Shown: positions 1 through 8,280, counted from the first letter of the stretch. The stretch: DNA of 22,620 nucleotides from an uncultured Anaerolineae bacterium (GCA_964509505.1 CAZDYP010000076.1:1-22620); one strand, 5' to 3'. Notes: a model not told the origin generated them from the sequence alone. Program-made: numbers and translations.

Positions 1-3
1 ATT

Positions 4-3000
4 TTGCCCGACCTCGCGCGCCAAATCGCCAACGAAGAGCTCGCGATGAGCGGCAAAGCCCTCAAAGTCATCGCCGACCTAACGCACCTAACCCGCATGA
101 ACACAGCGACGTTGCGCGCTTTAGTTGATCTGCATGGGCAACGGCGTGGCCAACCATTGGCGCTGGCAAGTCTGAACCCGCAAGTGCGGCATGTCATCGA
201 GATGTTCGGGTATGGCGACTTCTTCCCAACCTATCCAACCGTGCCTGCAGCGCTTGACGCATTGAGCGCGCACGAAAAGCTGGGCTTGCCCGGCCAAATG
301 CTCAAGAAGCGTTATCGTATCGAAAACAAAGTGGGCGAGAGCGACATCGGCATGATGTTCAAAGCGACGGACACACGACTGGATCGTGAGGTCGCTATCA
401 AAGTGTTGTCGCCGTCATTGAGTCAAGCGACGACGCAACGCCTGTTGCAACAAGCGAAGAAAATGGCGCAGCTGAAATTGCCGAACATCGTCACCATCTT
501 CGACGCCGACGAAGATTGGGGCTTGGCGTACGTGGTCATGGAATACGTGGACAGTCAGACCCTGCGCGACTTGATGAAGAAAACTTTCCAACCCGACCTC
601 GACCTGCTCATCGGCATCGTGCGCGCGCTCGAATATGTTCACAGCAAAGGCATCGTGCATGGCAACCTCAAACCCGAAGACATCTTCATCGCCGACGAAG
701 TGAAGCTAAACGACGTGGGCTTACGCTGGATCGAAGAAGGTCGCCCCCTCAGCGAAACCCAAGTGCTCTTAGGCACGACCAGCTATTTGTCTCCCGAACA
801 AATCATGGGTAGCGCCGTTGAACAACGCAGTGATTTGTATGCGCTGGGCGTGATGCTCTATGAATTGTTCACCGGGCGCTGCCCATTTGAAGGCACGCGC
901 GCCGAAATCGTGCAAGGGCATTTGCATACCCTACCCCCCTCACCGCGCGAATTGAACCCCGACATCTCGCGTTCGATGGAGCATTTGATTTTGAAACTCC
1001 TCGCCAAAGATCCAGAGCAGCGCTATTTGCACGCGGCGCAAGTGCGACACGTTCTCTCTGGTCTCGAAACGGGGCTCGCGCTTATCCCCCATGAAACTGA
1101 AGCGACTGAGAACCCACTGAGCATAACGCCGCTGGCGGCGGCACCCCCGCATCCGCAGCGCATCATCGGACAGAAACGCGAGGCGCAGCTCAAGCACCTC
1201 TTGAAACTGTGGGACCAAGCGCGTAGTGGGCGTGGGCAAGTCGTGCTGCTGGCAGGCGAAGCCGGCATTGGCAAAACCTATACGACGGAAGAGCTGGCGG
1301 CGCGGGTGCGCGCCACTAGCGACACCACCCCGTTGTTTGGTCATTGCAGCGACCTTGAAGGCCAAGCGCCTTATCAACCCTTCATCGAAATCGTGCGCAA
1401 CTATCTGGCGCGCACGCCACACGACGAAGCGCACGCCCAACTAGGCGAGAGCGCAGCCGTCATCGCGTCGTTTGTGCCAGAAGTGCGCGCGGTGGTAGCG
1501 AATCTCCCTCCCCTCAAGCCGCTCGACCCCACGCAAGAGCGCGCCCGCTTGATGCACGATGCGATTCACTTTTTGGCGCGCGTAGCGAAGGCGCGCCCGC
1601 GCCTGATGGTGCTGGACGATTTGCATTGGGCTGACCCCGCCAGTTTGCAACTGTTCCATTACCTGGCGCGACACATCGCGGACATCCCCGTCATGCTCGT
1701 CGGCGCCTATCGCAACGCCGAGCTCGACGAAACGCATCCCTTACGCGAATTGCTGCGCGACCTCAGCCGCTATCCACTCTATCATCACATTACGTTGAAT
1801 CGGCTCGATCACGAAGGCGTCGCGCAGCTGCTGTCGCTGATTTGGAGCCGCGACGTGCCGCAAGAATGGGTGAAGATTATTTATAAGCGCACAGGCGGCA
1901 ACCCATTCTATGTCGAAGAGGTGGCGAAAAGCCTACAAGACGAAGGCTTGGCGACGCTTCACGATGGAACGTGGCACTTCGCGCCGCTGCAAGAGATGAA
2001 GCTGCCGCAAAGCGTGCAAGACATCGTGCTGCGGCGCGTCGCGCGCACGCGCCCCGCCACGCAAGAAACGCTGCGCCAAGCCGCCGTGCTGGGCTCGCAA
2101 TTTCCGTACGCAGATTTGCTCGCCGTCGTCAATCAAACCGAGGAACAGCTACTGGAAAATCTTGACGAGGCCTTCGAGCGCGATTTGCTGCGGGAAATGG
2201 ACGGCGGTTCGTTGTTGACGTTCAGCCATGACGAAGTGCATCAGATCATTTACCAAAACATGAGCACGTTGTGGCGGCGCACGTTGCATCGCAAAATCGC
2301 CCAGACATTGGCGAAACAATACGAAGCGAATCTCGCGCCTGTGGCGGCGCAACTCGCGCATCACTTCATTCAGGCAGGCGAGACGGCGCAAGGCATCACC
2401 TATAGTTTGATGGCCGCGCAACATGCGCGCTCGTTGTATGCGTATCAGAGCGCGGAGACGTGGTACAGCCAAGCGGTGGCGTTGCTGCCCGACACGGCGG
2501 CGGCGGAACGTCTGAACATTCACGCGGAGCGCGGCGCCGTGTTGCGACAAGAAGGTCGCTTCTCCGAAGCCATCAAAGCTTATGACGCCATGCGCGAAGC
2601 GGCAGAAACCTTGAATGATTTAGGCGCGCAGGCTCGCGCCCAGTGTAATCTCGCTCAGGCGCAACTGCAGTTGGGCGACTATCGCGCCGCGCTCGCCAGC
2701 GTCATACAAGCCGAAGCGTTGGCGCGCGCCGCGCACGACCAAACGACGTTAGTGGATACGTTGTATTACTATGGTTGGCTGTTATTGAAAACGGGCGACC
2801 ATGCCAAAGCCGTCACGCTCGGACAACAAACTTTAGAATTAAGCGCCTCCCTCAACGATCACCTGATGATGGCGCAGAGCTTGAACCTGCTCGGTTTGTT
2901 AGCCATGAACACGGGGCCGCTTGAGCAGGCGCACGCCTATTTTGAGCAGGCGCTCAAATTGAGTCGTGGGGCGGGAGTGCAACGCAACATCATGATCGCC

Positions 3001-3642
3001 TTGAACAATCTGGGCGAGGTTGCGCGGCTGCGGGGCGATTATCGTCGCGCGCTACAACGCTATGAACAAGCGATGCAGCTCGCGCAAGAAACGAGTAACC
3101 CTTGGTTCCAGCGTGTGCTGCTGACGAATCAGGGCAGCACGTACATCGAGCTGGGCGAATATCAACGCGCCGAAACCGCGCTGCAACACGCTATTCGCAT
3201 GACGGAAGCCGAAGGACGCTTCGCTGTTTCAGAAGCGCATCGCTGTCTGGCAGAGTTGCGTCTCGCGCAGCGCAACGTCACCGAAGCCCTCATCGAAGCC
3301 CAAGAAGCTTTGCGACTCGCGGAAGCGATCGGCGACCAAGAGATGATTGGCGGTGCATGGCGTGTGCTGGGCTTGATTGCCGCCCACACGGGCAATCATG
3401 TCTTGGTCGAGCGCGAGCCGCACACACCCAGCGAGTGTTTCGAGGCCAGCCTGCGCGCATTCAACGCCGTGAAGCTCGAAGCCGAACGCGCCCGTACGTT
3501 GCGCGCCTGGGCCCACTACGAACAAACACACCCCACCACCAATCCCGATGCGCCGTCTGGGAACACCTTCTGGAACGAAGCGCGCGAAATTTTCATGCGG
3601 TTGGGAATGACTCATGAGCTGGAGAAAATGAAACAGGCATGA
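4..3642 (+). CDS. Multidomain signalling protein, 5'-truncated by the window edge. N-terminal STAS (anti-sigma-factor-antagonist-like) domain, Hanks-type Ser/Thr kinase-like domain with degenerate catalytic motifs (probable pseudokinase), AAA_16/STAND P-loop ATPase, C-terminal TPR array. Architecture resembles PknK/MalT-like proteins.
   Basis: ORF-track 1212-aa frame opens at nt 4 with no upstream stop. STAS-like segment 'KVIADLTHLTRMNTATLRALVDL...ASLNPQVRHVIEMFGYGDFF'. Kinase landmarks VAIKVL (beta3 Lys), 'HGNLKPED' in place of HRDLKPxN (nt ~658-681), 'NDVGL' in place of DFG, 'GTTSYLSPE' (APE). Walker A 'GEAGIGKT' (nt ~1255-1278) and Walker B 'LMVLDDLHWAD'. Long Ala/Leu-rich TPR-like repeats through the C-terminal ~500 aa. 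Confidence 0.85.
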   Translation: MPDLARQIANEELAMSGKALKVIADLTHLTRMNTATLRALVDLHGQRRGQPLALASLNPQVRHVIEMFGYGDFFPTYPTVPAALDALSAHEKLGLPGQMLKKRYRIENKVGESDIGMMFKATDTRLDREVAIKVLSPSLSQATTQRLLQQAKKMAQLKLPNIVTIFDADEDWGLAYVVMEYVDSQTLRDLMKKTFQPDLDLLIGIVRALEYVHSKGIVHGNLKPEDIFIADEVKLNDVGLRWIEEGRPLSETQVLLGTTSYLSPEQIMGSAVEQRSDLYALGVMLYELFTGRCPFEGTRAEIVQGHLHTLPPSPRELNPDISRSMEHLILKLLAKDPEQRYLHAAQVRHVLSGLETGLALIPHETEATENPLSITPLAAAPPHPQRIIGQKREAQLKHLLKLWDQARSGRGQVVLLAGEAGIGKTYTTEELAARVRATSDTTPLFGHCSDLEGQAPYQPFIEIVRNYLARTPHDEAHAQLGESAAVIASFVPEVRAVVANLPPLKPLDPTQERARLMHDAIHFLARVAKARPRLMVLDDLHWADPASLQLFHYLARHIADIPVMLVGAYRNAELDETHPLRELLRDLSRYPLYHHITLNRLDHEGVAQLLSLIWSRDVPQEWVKIIYKRTGGNPFYVEEVAKSLQDEGLATLHDGTWHFAPLQEMKLPQSVQDIVLRRVARTRPATQETLRQAAVLGSQFPYADLLAVVNQTEEQLLENLDEAFERDLLREMDGGSLLTFSHDEVHQIIYQNMSTLWRRTLHRKIAQTLAKQYEANLAPVAAQLAHHFIQAGETAQGITYSLMAAQHARSLYAYQSAETWYSQAVALLPDTAAAERLNIHAERGAVLRQEGRFSEAIKAYDAMREAAETLNDLGAQARAQCNLAQAQLQLGDYRAALASVIQAEALARAAHDQTTLVDTLYYYGWLLLKTGDHAKAVTLGQQTLELSASLNDHLMMAQSLNLLGLLAMNTGPLEQAHAYFEQALKLSRGAGVQRNIMIALNNLGEVARLRGDYRRALQRYEQAMQLAQETSNPWFQRVLLTNQGSTYIELGEYQRAETALQHAIRMTEAEGRFAVSEAHRCLAELRLAQRNVTEALIEAQEALRLAEAIGDQEMIGGAWRVLGLIAAHTGNHVLVEREPHTPSECFEASLRAFNAVKLEAERARTLRAWAHYEQTHPTTNPDAPSGNTFWNEAREIFMRLGMTHELEKMKQA

Positions 3643-4030
3643 GTGGAGATTAGAGCTGAACGCTTAGAATTTGGAGATTGGGAATGGAGGTCGAACAGGC
3701 AGACGTGGCATCGCGTTTGCCTGTTTCGCATTAGTGTGGAGGACTCTTCGCGCTTGGCGGCGATCTCACCGACGCTTGCGGCAAGTAGAGTCGTTTGGAA
3801 AGTAGGCGTTGCTGATAGCGTGTCTAAAGGTAAATGACACACTCCTGGTGTTCAAGCCCCTCCCATTTTCCTCAATTGGTGTAGTGCGCTTATGTCCAGA
3901 AAACGCGCAACCCTTCTGGCTCGCGCGGGACTCCCGTTGGTCGCAAAGCCCACGCCATGGGCGGTGGCGGTGACCATCCACCGCGAGCGTAGCGCTTTTT
4001 CTAAACGTGAGCGGCGTAATGTTACATTGC

Positions 4031-4849
4031 TCAAACAATAGCAACCATGAACAACCGCCGAAATGGGTAGAGCGTATGTCCATCGGCGCGCATCGGATAC
4101 GCTTCACGCAATCGTCGCGTGTACTCCGCGAGGAAGAGGTCACGCTCGCTTGCATCAAGTCCGTTGAGGATGGGACGCAAGCCCGTGCCTTTCACCCACT
4201 CCAGCACAGGATCGTTGCCCGACAACACTTGCAGATATTCCGTCTCCCAAATGTCGAGCTGCTGAGTATGACTTGCAAGCAGGTCGTAATACGTCGCCGC
4301 GCTCTCGACCCATTCGCGCACGATAGCTTGCCTAAAGGTTTCAGTGGCAATGGGGCTGCCGTTGGGTCCGCCATTCGCCAACGTCTCGCGCATGAGGCGA
4401 TGCGATGGCATGGGAAAGCTCAATGGCATCTGCACGGCGAGACAGCCACCCGCTTTCAAAAGTCCGACGAGACGCGGGAAAAGTTCACGATGCTTCTCCA
4501 CCCAATGCAGCGCGGCGTTGGAGTAAATGAGGTCGGGCGGTTGCGCGGGCGACCACGTGCGAATGTCTGCCTCGACCCATTGCACCTTGTCCGTCTCCTT
4601 CGCTGCCTTTTCAAGCATCTCTTTTGAATTATCGAGCCCATAGACCGTCGCCGTCTGCCAACGCTCGGCAATCAGGCGCGTGAGGTTGCCGGCGCCACAA
4701 CCCAAATCGTAGATCGTCTCAGGAGCAGTGAGGGGAACGCGCTCCAATAATTCGAGCGCAGGACGCAAACGGTGATCTGAAAATTTCAGATATTGATGGG
4801 GATCCCAACGCGTGCCCGCGATCTGCCCATGATATATGGGTGAAGACAT
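4031..4849 (-). CDS. tam: Trans-aconitate 2-methyltransferase-like SAM-dependent methyltransferase (Tam family)
   Basis: 'WDPHQYLKFSDHRLRPALELLERVP' matches the Tam N-terminus. SAM-binding 'IYDLGCGAGNLT'. I chose the internal ATG (MSSPIYHG...) because AAGGAG lies ~7 nt upstream; the ORF-track frame runs on to 4897. Confidence 0.8.
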   Translation of the reverse strand: MSSPIYHGQIAGTRWDPHQYLKFSDHRLRPALELLERVPLTAPETIYDLGCGAGNLTRLIAERWQTATVYGLDNSKEMLEKAAKETDKVQWVEADIRTWSPAQPPDLIYSNAALHWVEKHRELFPRLVGLLKAGGCLAVQMPLSFPMPSHRLMRETLANGGPNGSPIATETFRQAIVREWVESAATYYDLLASHTQQLDIWETEYLQVLSGNDPVLEWVKGTGLRPILNGLDASERDLFLAEYTRRLREAYPMRADGHTLYPFRRLFMVAIV

Positions 4850-4914
4850 GCGATAATTCTCCTTTGGATTGATGCGTGCGATTATACTGTGTTTCACGTA
4901 GCGTGCAGAAACAA

Positions 4915-4943
4915 AACAAGCACAGCGGGGAGGCTGTGCCTGT
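4915..4943 (-). terminator. Copy 1 of a duplicated ~29-bp hairpin element (7-10-bp stem, GGGGAG loop; AACAAGCACAGCGGGGAGGCTGTGCCTGT). On the minus strand it is followed by a U-rich tract, so it reads as an intrinsic terminator for vapC.
   Basis: On the minus strand: CAGGCACAGC-CUCCCC-GCUGUGCUUG then UUUUGUUUCUG. Near-identical to the copy at 5765-5793 (2 mismatches over 29 bp). Confidence 0.5.
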
Positions 4944-5029
4944 TGGGTTAGCTGATAAAATAATTGCGCTCATGTTCAGAAATAGACACAACGAGACTGT
5001 GCCTCTGACGAGGGGTGTAAACAGTTGGC

Positions 5030-5434
5030 TTACTCACTCCAATCTTCTATTTCCAAATTCTGTATTTTCTCAAAATGCTTGCGATTGTGTGTGATAAGCG
5101 TCCAATCGTTGGCTATGGCGACGCCCGCAATCAAGATGTCAATGTCATCCACGGGTGTGCCTTTGGCGCGCGTGGCGGCATAAATGTCAGCCGAAATAGT
5201 TACAGAGCGCTCCGTCAATGCCACGACGTTGTTTTGAGCCGCAAATTCTAGGAAGGTCGTAAGTTGCTTACGAGCGTTGCGATGCTTCAAGCCACTCAAA
5301 ATCTCGTAATACGTGATGAGGCTGAAGTTGATTTGAGTATATTCTTCAGCATAGCTATCAAAGCGTGAGACAACTTGGGGCTGCCCGCGGAAAAACAAGG
5401 AGAGGATATCTGTATCAATTAACGCGGGTTTCAC
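5030..5434 (-). CDS. vapC: PIN-domain ribonuclease toxin VapC
   Basis: 134 aa. 'MKPALIDTDIL...' has the PIN acidic residues, and 'DIDILIAGVAIANDWTLITHNRKHF' is the classic VapC C-terminus. The start overlaps the upstream antitoxin gene. Confidence 0.85.
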   Translation of the reverse strand: MKPALIDTDILSLFFRGQPQVVSRFDSYAEEYTQINFSLITYYEILSGLKHRNARKQLTTFLEFAAQNNVVALTERSVTISADIYAATRAKGTPVDDIDILIAGVAIANDWTLITHNRKHFEKIQNLEIEDWSE

Positions 5435-5678
5435 TGCTGCGTCTCCTAGAAAATGCGTCGCGGCGCCGTGTCACTATTTCGTGGCTGAAATCTGCAAATA
5501 GCTCATCAGGCATGGTGCGCCAACAACCTGCGTACTGCATGATGGTTTTTTTAGGCCGCCGAGCCGCCTCGGCGCGTAGCCTGAAGCTATGCAAGAGTAT
5601 GTAGGCTTCAGAGAGTTTTGCTTCGGGAATTTTTTGAATTTCTGCCAGCAGTTTTTCGCGCTCAATAGATAGATTCAT
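5415..5678 (-). CDS. vapB: VapB-type antitoxin (DUF2281-like small protein), co-oriented with and overlapping vapC
   Basis: 'MNLSIEREKLLAEIQKIPEAKLSEAYILLHSF' is a typical small antitoxin N-terminus. Start chosen at the internal ATG; the ORF-track frame extends to 5726. Overlaps the vapC start. Confidence 0.6.
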   Translation of the reverse strand: MNLSIEREKLLAEIQKIPEAKLSEAYILLHSFRLRAEAARRPKKTIMQYAGCWRTMPDELFADFSHEIVTRRRDAFSRRRSSETRVN

Positions 5679-5764
5679 CACAGTTGTTCCTCTCTGGTTA
5701 TTTTCCAATTTTGTGCTGCAATGCAATTATACCGTATTTTGCCCGCCGCGTTCATCGCAAAGGA

Positions 5765-5793
5765 AACAGGCGCAGCGGGGAGGCTGTGCCTGT
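5765..5793 (-). terminator. Copy 2 of the duplicated hairpin element (AACAGGCGCAGCGGGGAGGCTGTGCCTGT). On the minus strand it is a stem-loop plus UUUCCUUUGCG immediately after the DedA gene stop.
   Basis: Same loop (GGGGAG) and 3' arm as copy 1. 10-bp stem with one mismatch. The 3' flank also resembles copy 1 (gctagaaaaat versus gctgataaaat). Confidence 0.5.
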
Positions 5794-5812
5794 GCTAGAA
5801 AAATCATCATCA

Positions 5813-6418
5813 TCAATTGGTTTTTGGCTCACGCAAACTTTTGATGACTTGATAGCCAAGGATTACCACCGCCACCAGACCCAATACGACATAGCTTAAG
5901 TCTCCGAGTAGTTCACTGAGTTCGGCAACGCGGTCACTGAAAAGGTGACCTAAGTAGATGTATGCAAGGACCCATAACAACTCGCCCAGCACGACCCACA
6001 CTGAAAAGCGCGGCAAGGTATAGCGCGTGATGCCGCTGATGAGGTTGATGTAGGGACCAAGCGCCGTAATCAGCCAGCGACTGAAAAAAACGCTGACGCC
6101 GCCCCAGCGTTGCGCGGTCTGCTCGGCTTTGGCTAAAATCGCTTCCGCGTTCAAGCGTTGGCTGATTTGGGTTGCGACTTGTTTGCCACCGAACCAACCC
6201 ACCCCATAGCCCGTGTGATCGCCCAGCACTGCCGCAATGGTGCTGGCAATGACGATGGGCCAGAATTGCAGCTCACCTGCTTCGATGAATGAGCCTGCGA
6301 CGATGAGCAGAAAGCTGGTGGGCAGGGGCAAGCCAATCGCAGAGATGAAGACGCTGACAAAAATAGCGATGACTCCATAGGTAGCCAATGCGTTCAACAG
6401 GGTTTCTTGTAAACTCAT
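5813..6418 (-). CDS. DedA/TVP38-family integral membrane protein
   Basis: 201 aa, multi-TM. '...SRWLITALGPYINLISGITRYTLPRFSVWVVLGELLWVLAYIYLGHLF' is characteristic of the DedA/SNARE-associated family. Confidence 0.8.
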   Translation of the reverse strand: MSLQETLLNALATYGVIAIFVSVFISAIGLPLPTSFLLIVAGSFIEAGELQFWPIVIASTIAAVLGDHTGYGVGWFGGKQVATQISQRLNAEAILAKAEQTAQRWGGVSVFFSRWLITALGPYINLISGITRYTLPRFSVWVVLGELLWVLAYIYLGHLFSDRVAELSELLGDLSYVVLGLVAVVILGYQVIKSLREPKTN

Positions 6419-6421
6419 AAA

Positions 6422-6766
6422 TTACCTTGTCGGTTGTGGGGGTGGGCGCATCGGGCGCGCGGCGGCGATGGCTTGTTCGATGATTTGAATCACTTCTTCT
6501 GTGCTGCGATTCTGCAAGCGAGCGATTTCGCTGATGGGGCGAAGCTCGGGACGCGATTCGGGCGGAATGCCAAGCGCATCGTCCAGCACTCGCGGAGGTA
6601 CCCCATAGGCACGCGCGATGTAACCAATGTTCATCCAGCCGCGAATTGGTTCGAAGGTGGGGCGGTTGACGAGTCGCATTACAAAGCGCGCCCCAAAGAA
6701 CAGGGTGAACGCGAGCGCGATGATAAATCCGCCGATCAACAGAATACGTTTACGTTTTTGTGACAT
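6422..6766 (-). CDS. Small membrane-anchored hypothetical protein: N-terminal basic stretch plus one TM helix, Pro-rich C-terminus. Sits 3 nt upstream of the DedA gene and is probably co-transcribed with it.
   Basis: 'MSQKRKRILLIGGFIIALAFTLFFGARFV' is a signal-anchor-like helix. The gene abuts the DedA gene tightly. Confidence 0.5.
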   Translation of the reverse strand: MSQKRKRILLIGGFIIALAFTLFFGARFVMRLVNRPTFEPIRGWMNIGYIARAYGVPPRVLDDALGIPPESRPELRPISEIARLQNRSTEEVIQIIEQAIAAARPMRPPPQPTR

Positions 6767-7193
6767 GTGTAAGTTGACTGCATCATGATTTCAACTCGCT
6801 GCAACCAATTTACCACACGATTATGGAAAAGTTGTGGAGATTGGCGCACGAAAGGAATTAACTCACCTTACACAAAGGTATCATGGCGAGCGTTTCCTTC
6901 GACACGCTCAGGATGCAGTTTGCGAAGCCATCTCCCTGCTGCAAACGGGGATTGCTTCGCTCCGCTCGCAATGACCGCGTAACATGAGGAATCAAATGGA
7001 GCAAGGCTACATAGTCTCAATAGGGCGGCGTGGCGGGTCCCTCGTAGCCACACAAACCCAAGCACAGAGGGGCAAATGTTTCGTCATGCCTGCCTTCGCA
7101 AATTCCTGCCCGCAGTACGAACAAATGCCTTTTGATTGTTTTCTTCTAGCATAGCCTCTCCTTTCGTTTACTCACTTCCTGAGCTTGGCAGGT

Positions 7194-7829
7194 TCATGGC
7201 ACATTCGGTTTCTGCGCGAAAATATACGCCCGTCGCGTCTGCACTTCCACTTCAGGATATGGGTCACGCTGAATCACTTCGGTCAACGCAAAGCCTGCCT
7301 CGCTGAGATATGCCTTCAGCTCATCCACCTCGAAGAAGAGGAAGTCCAACGACACAGGTTTGCCGAAGAGTTCGTCGAGGTGGCGAACCCCGCTGCCAAT
7401 GTGAAACGTCACGAGCAATACGCCGTGCGGTTGCAGCACGCGCTTCAATTCGCGTAGGGCTTGCACGACGAGGGGACGCGGGATATGAATGAGCGAGTAG
7501 AACGCGGCGATGCCGCCAAACGACGCATCAGCCAGCCCATTGAGCGCGAGCATGTTGCCCTGACGAATCGGGAACTCAGGGTTGAGGCGTTGCGCCTCGC
7601 GCATCATCTCGGTGGAGAGGTCAACACCGACGACAGATTGCCCGCGTTGATACAGATAGCGCGCGACTTGCGCGGGCCCGCACCCCATATCGCAAATCGG
7701 TCCCAAGCCGCTCACCTTCTCCGCTAACCAGTCGAGCATTTTGCAATCGAATGGTTTATGACCCAGCTCGTCAATGAAGCGCTGTGCATACGTGGTTGCG
7801 ACCGGATCGTAGTTCGCTTGAACTTCCAA
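7194..7829 (-). CDS. Class I SAM-dependent methyltransferase (Methyltransf_11/25-like)
   Basis: SAM motif I 'ICDMGCGPAQVARYL', followed by 'VVGVDLS', 'GIAAFYSLIHIP' and 'LKRVLQPHGVLLV'. Proposed TTG start with GGGAGG 6 nt upstream. The ORF-track frame continues upstream to 7922, but that N-terminal stretch is homologous to a PIN-like toxin (see the pseudogene below), not to methyltransferases. Confidence 0.7.
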   Translation of the reverse strand: MEVQANYDPVATTYAQRFIDELGHKPFDCKMLDWLAEKVSGLGPICDMGCGPAQVARYLYQRGQSVVGVDLSTEMMREAQRLNPEFPIRQGNMLALNGLADASFGGIAAFYSLIHIPRPLVVQALRELKRVLQPHGVLLVTFHIGSGVRHLDELFGKPVSLDFLFFEVDELKAYLSEAGFALTEVIQRDPYPEVEVQTRRAYIFAQKPNVP

Positions 7830-8033
7830 ATTTTGCCTCCCAGTCAGATTTTGTTGATAGCGCAGATGTTGGTCTGTGGTCACGAAAACCTCATAGCCTT
7901 CTTGTTCAGCGATATTCAGCAATGCGCCGTTAGTCAGCGTGGCTCAACCGCGTTCAGCAATTGTATCAACAGTATGAGGGCGCAGGTGTCGGCGCAAAGG
8001 CACAGGCGTGCCTTGATCGAAAAGTATTTTCAT
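7830..8033 (-). pseudogene. Remnant of a PIN-like toxin gene (the DUF5615-like partner of DUF433). Its ATG overlaps the DUF433 stop (ATGA). It is interrupted by an in-frame TGA at a position expected to encode Trp (…AERG*ATL…), and after '…VTTDQHLRYQQNLTGRQ' it runs in frame into methyltransferase-coding sequence.
   Basis: 'MKILFDQGTPVPLRRHLRPHTVDTIAERG-stop-ATLTNGALLNIAEQEGYEVFVTTDQHLRYQQNLTGRQ'. The stop is certain because the ORF track starts this frame at 7922 rather than at the in-frame ATG at 8033. Confidence 0.55.
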
Positions 8034-8257
8034 AGCGTAGCGGGCTCCAGACGGCTGGACGAGGCAAACTCACGCACTGCCCCCACTTGAGCGCGTTGCA
8101 CTCCTGGAAACCATTCCCAAAAATCATCCACCGATGCGCCATCTTCTAAGCTTTCAAACAACGCGCGCACTGGCACGCGCGTGCCACGAAAGACCGATGC
8201 GCCGCTCACCCGTTGAGCATCACGTTCAACCGCATGACATTGACTCCAATCTAACAT
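8030..8257 (-). CDS. DUF433-domain protein (antitoxin-like partner of PIN-like/DUF5615-type toxins)
   Basis: 'VFRGTRVPVRALFESLEDGASVDDFWEWFPGVQRAQVGAVREFA' matches the DUF433 core (GTRIPV...L..G.S.EEIL..YP.L..E.I). GGGAGG SD 7 nt upstream of the ATG. Confidence 0.8.
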   Translation of the reverse strand: MLDWSQCHAVERDAQRVSGASVFRGTRVPVRALFESLEDGASVDDFWEWFPGVQRAQVGAVREFASSSRLEPATL

Positions 8258-8280
8258 AAGTGCACCTCCCTAGTCATTTG

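Noticed and set aside
3766-4158. 130-aa minus-strand ORF spanning the kinase-tam intergenic region
   Set aside because: It overlaps the 3' end of the tam gene in another frame, and its Arg/Ser-rich translation has no recognisable fold. It is probably non-coding.
4915-5793. The hairpin repeats flanking vapBC as integron attC sites
   Set aside because: I found no conserved R'/R'' core (GTTRRRY) and no long imperfect palindrome of attC type. The structures fit intrinsic terminators better. The cassette idea remains only as a weaker alternative.
7830-7922. Treating the full ORF-track frame (7194-7922) as the methyltransferase N-terminus
   Set aside because: The first ~30 codons are homologous to the middle of PIN-like/DUF5615 toxins ('NIAEQEGYEVFVTTDQHLRYQQNL'), not to methyltransferases. 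A TTG with a GGGAGG SD at ~7829 gives a more typical methyltransferase length.
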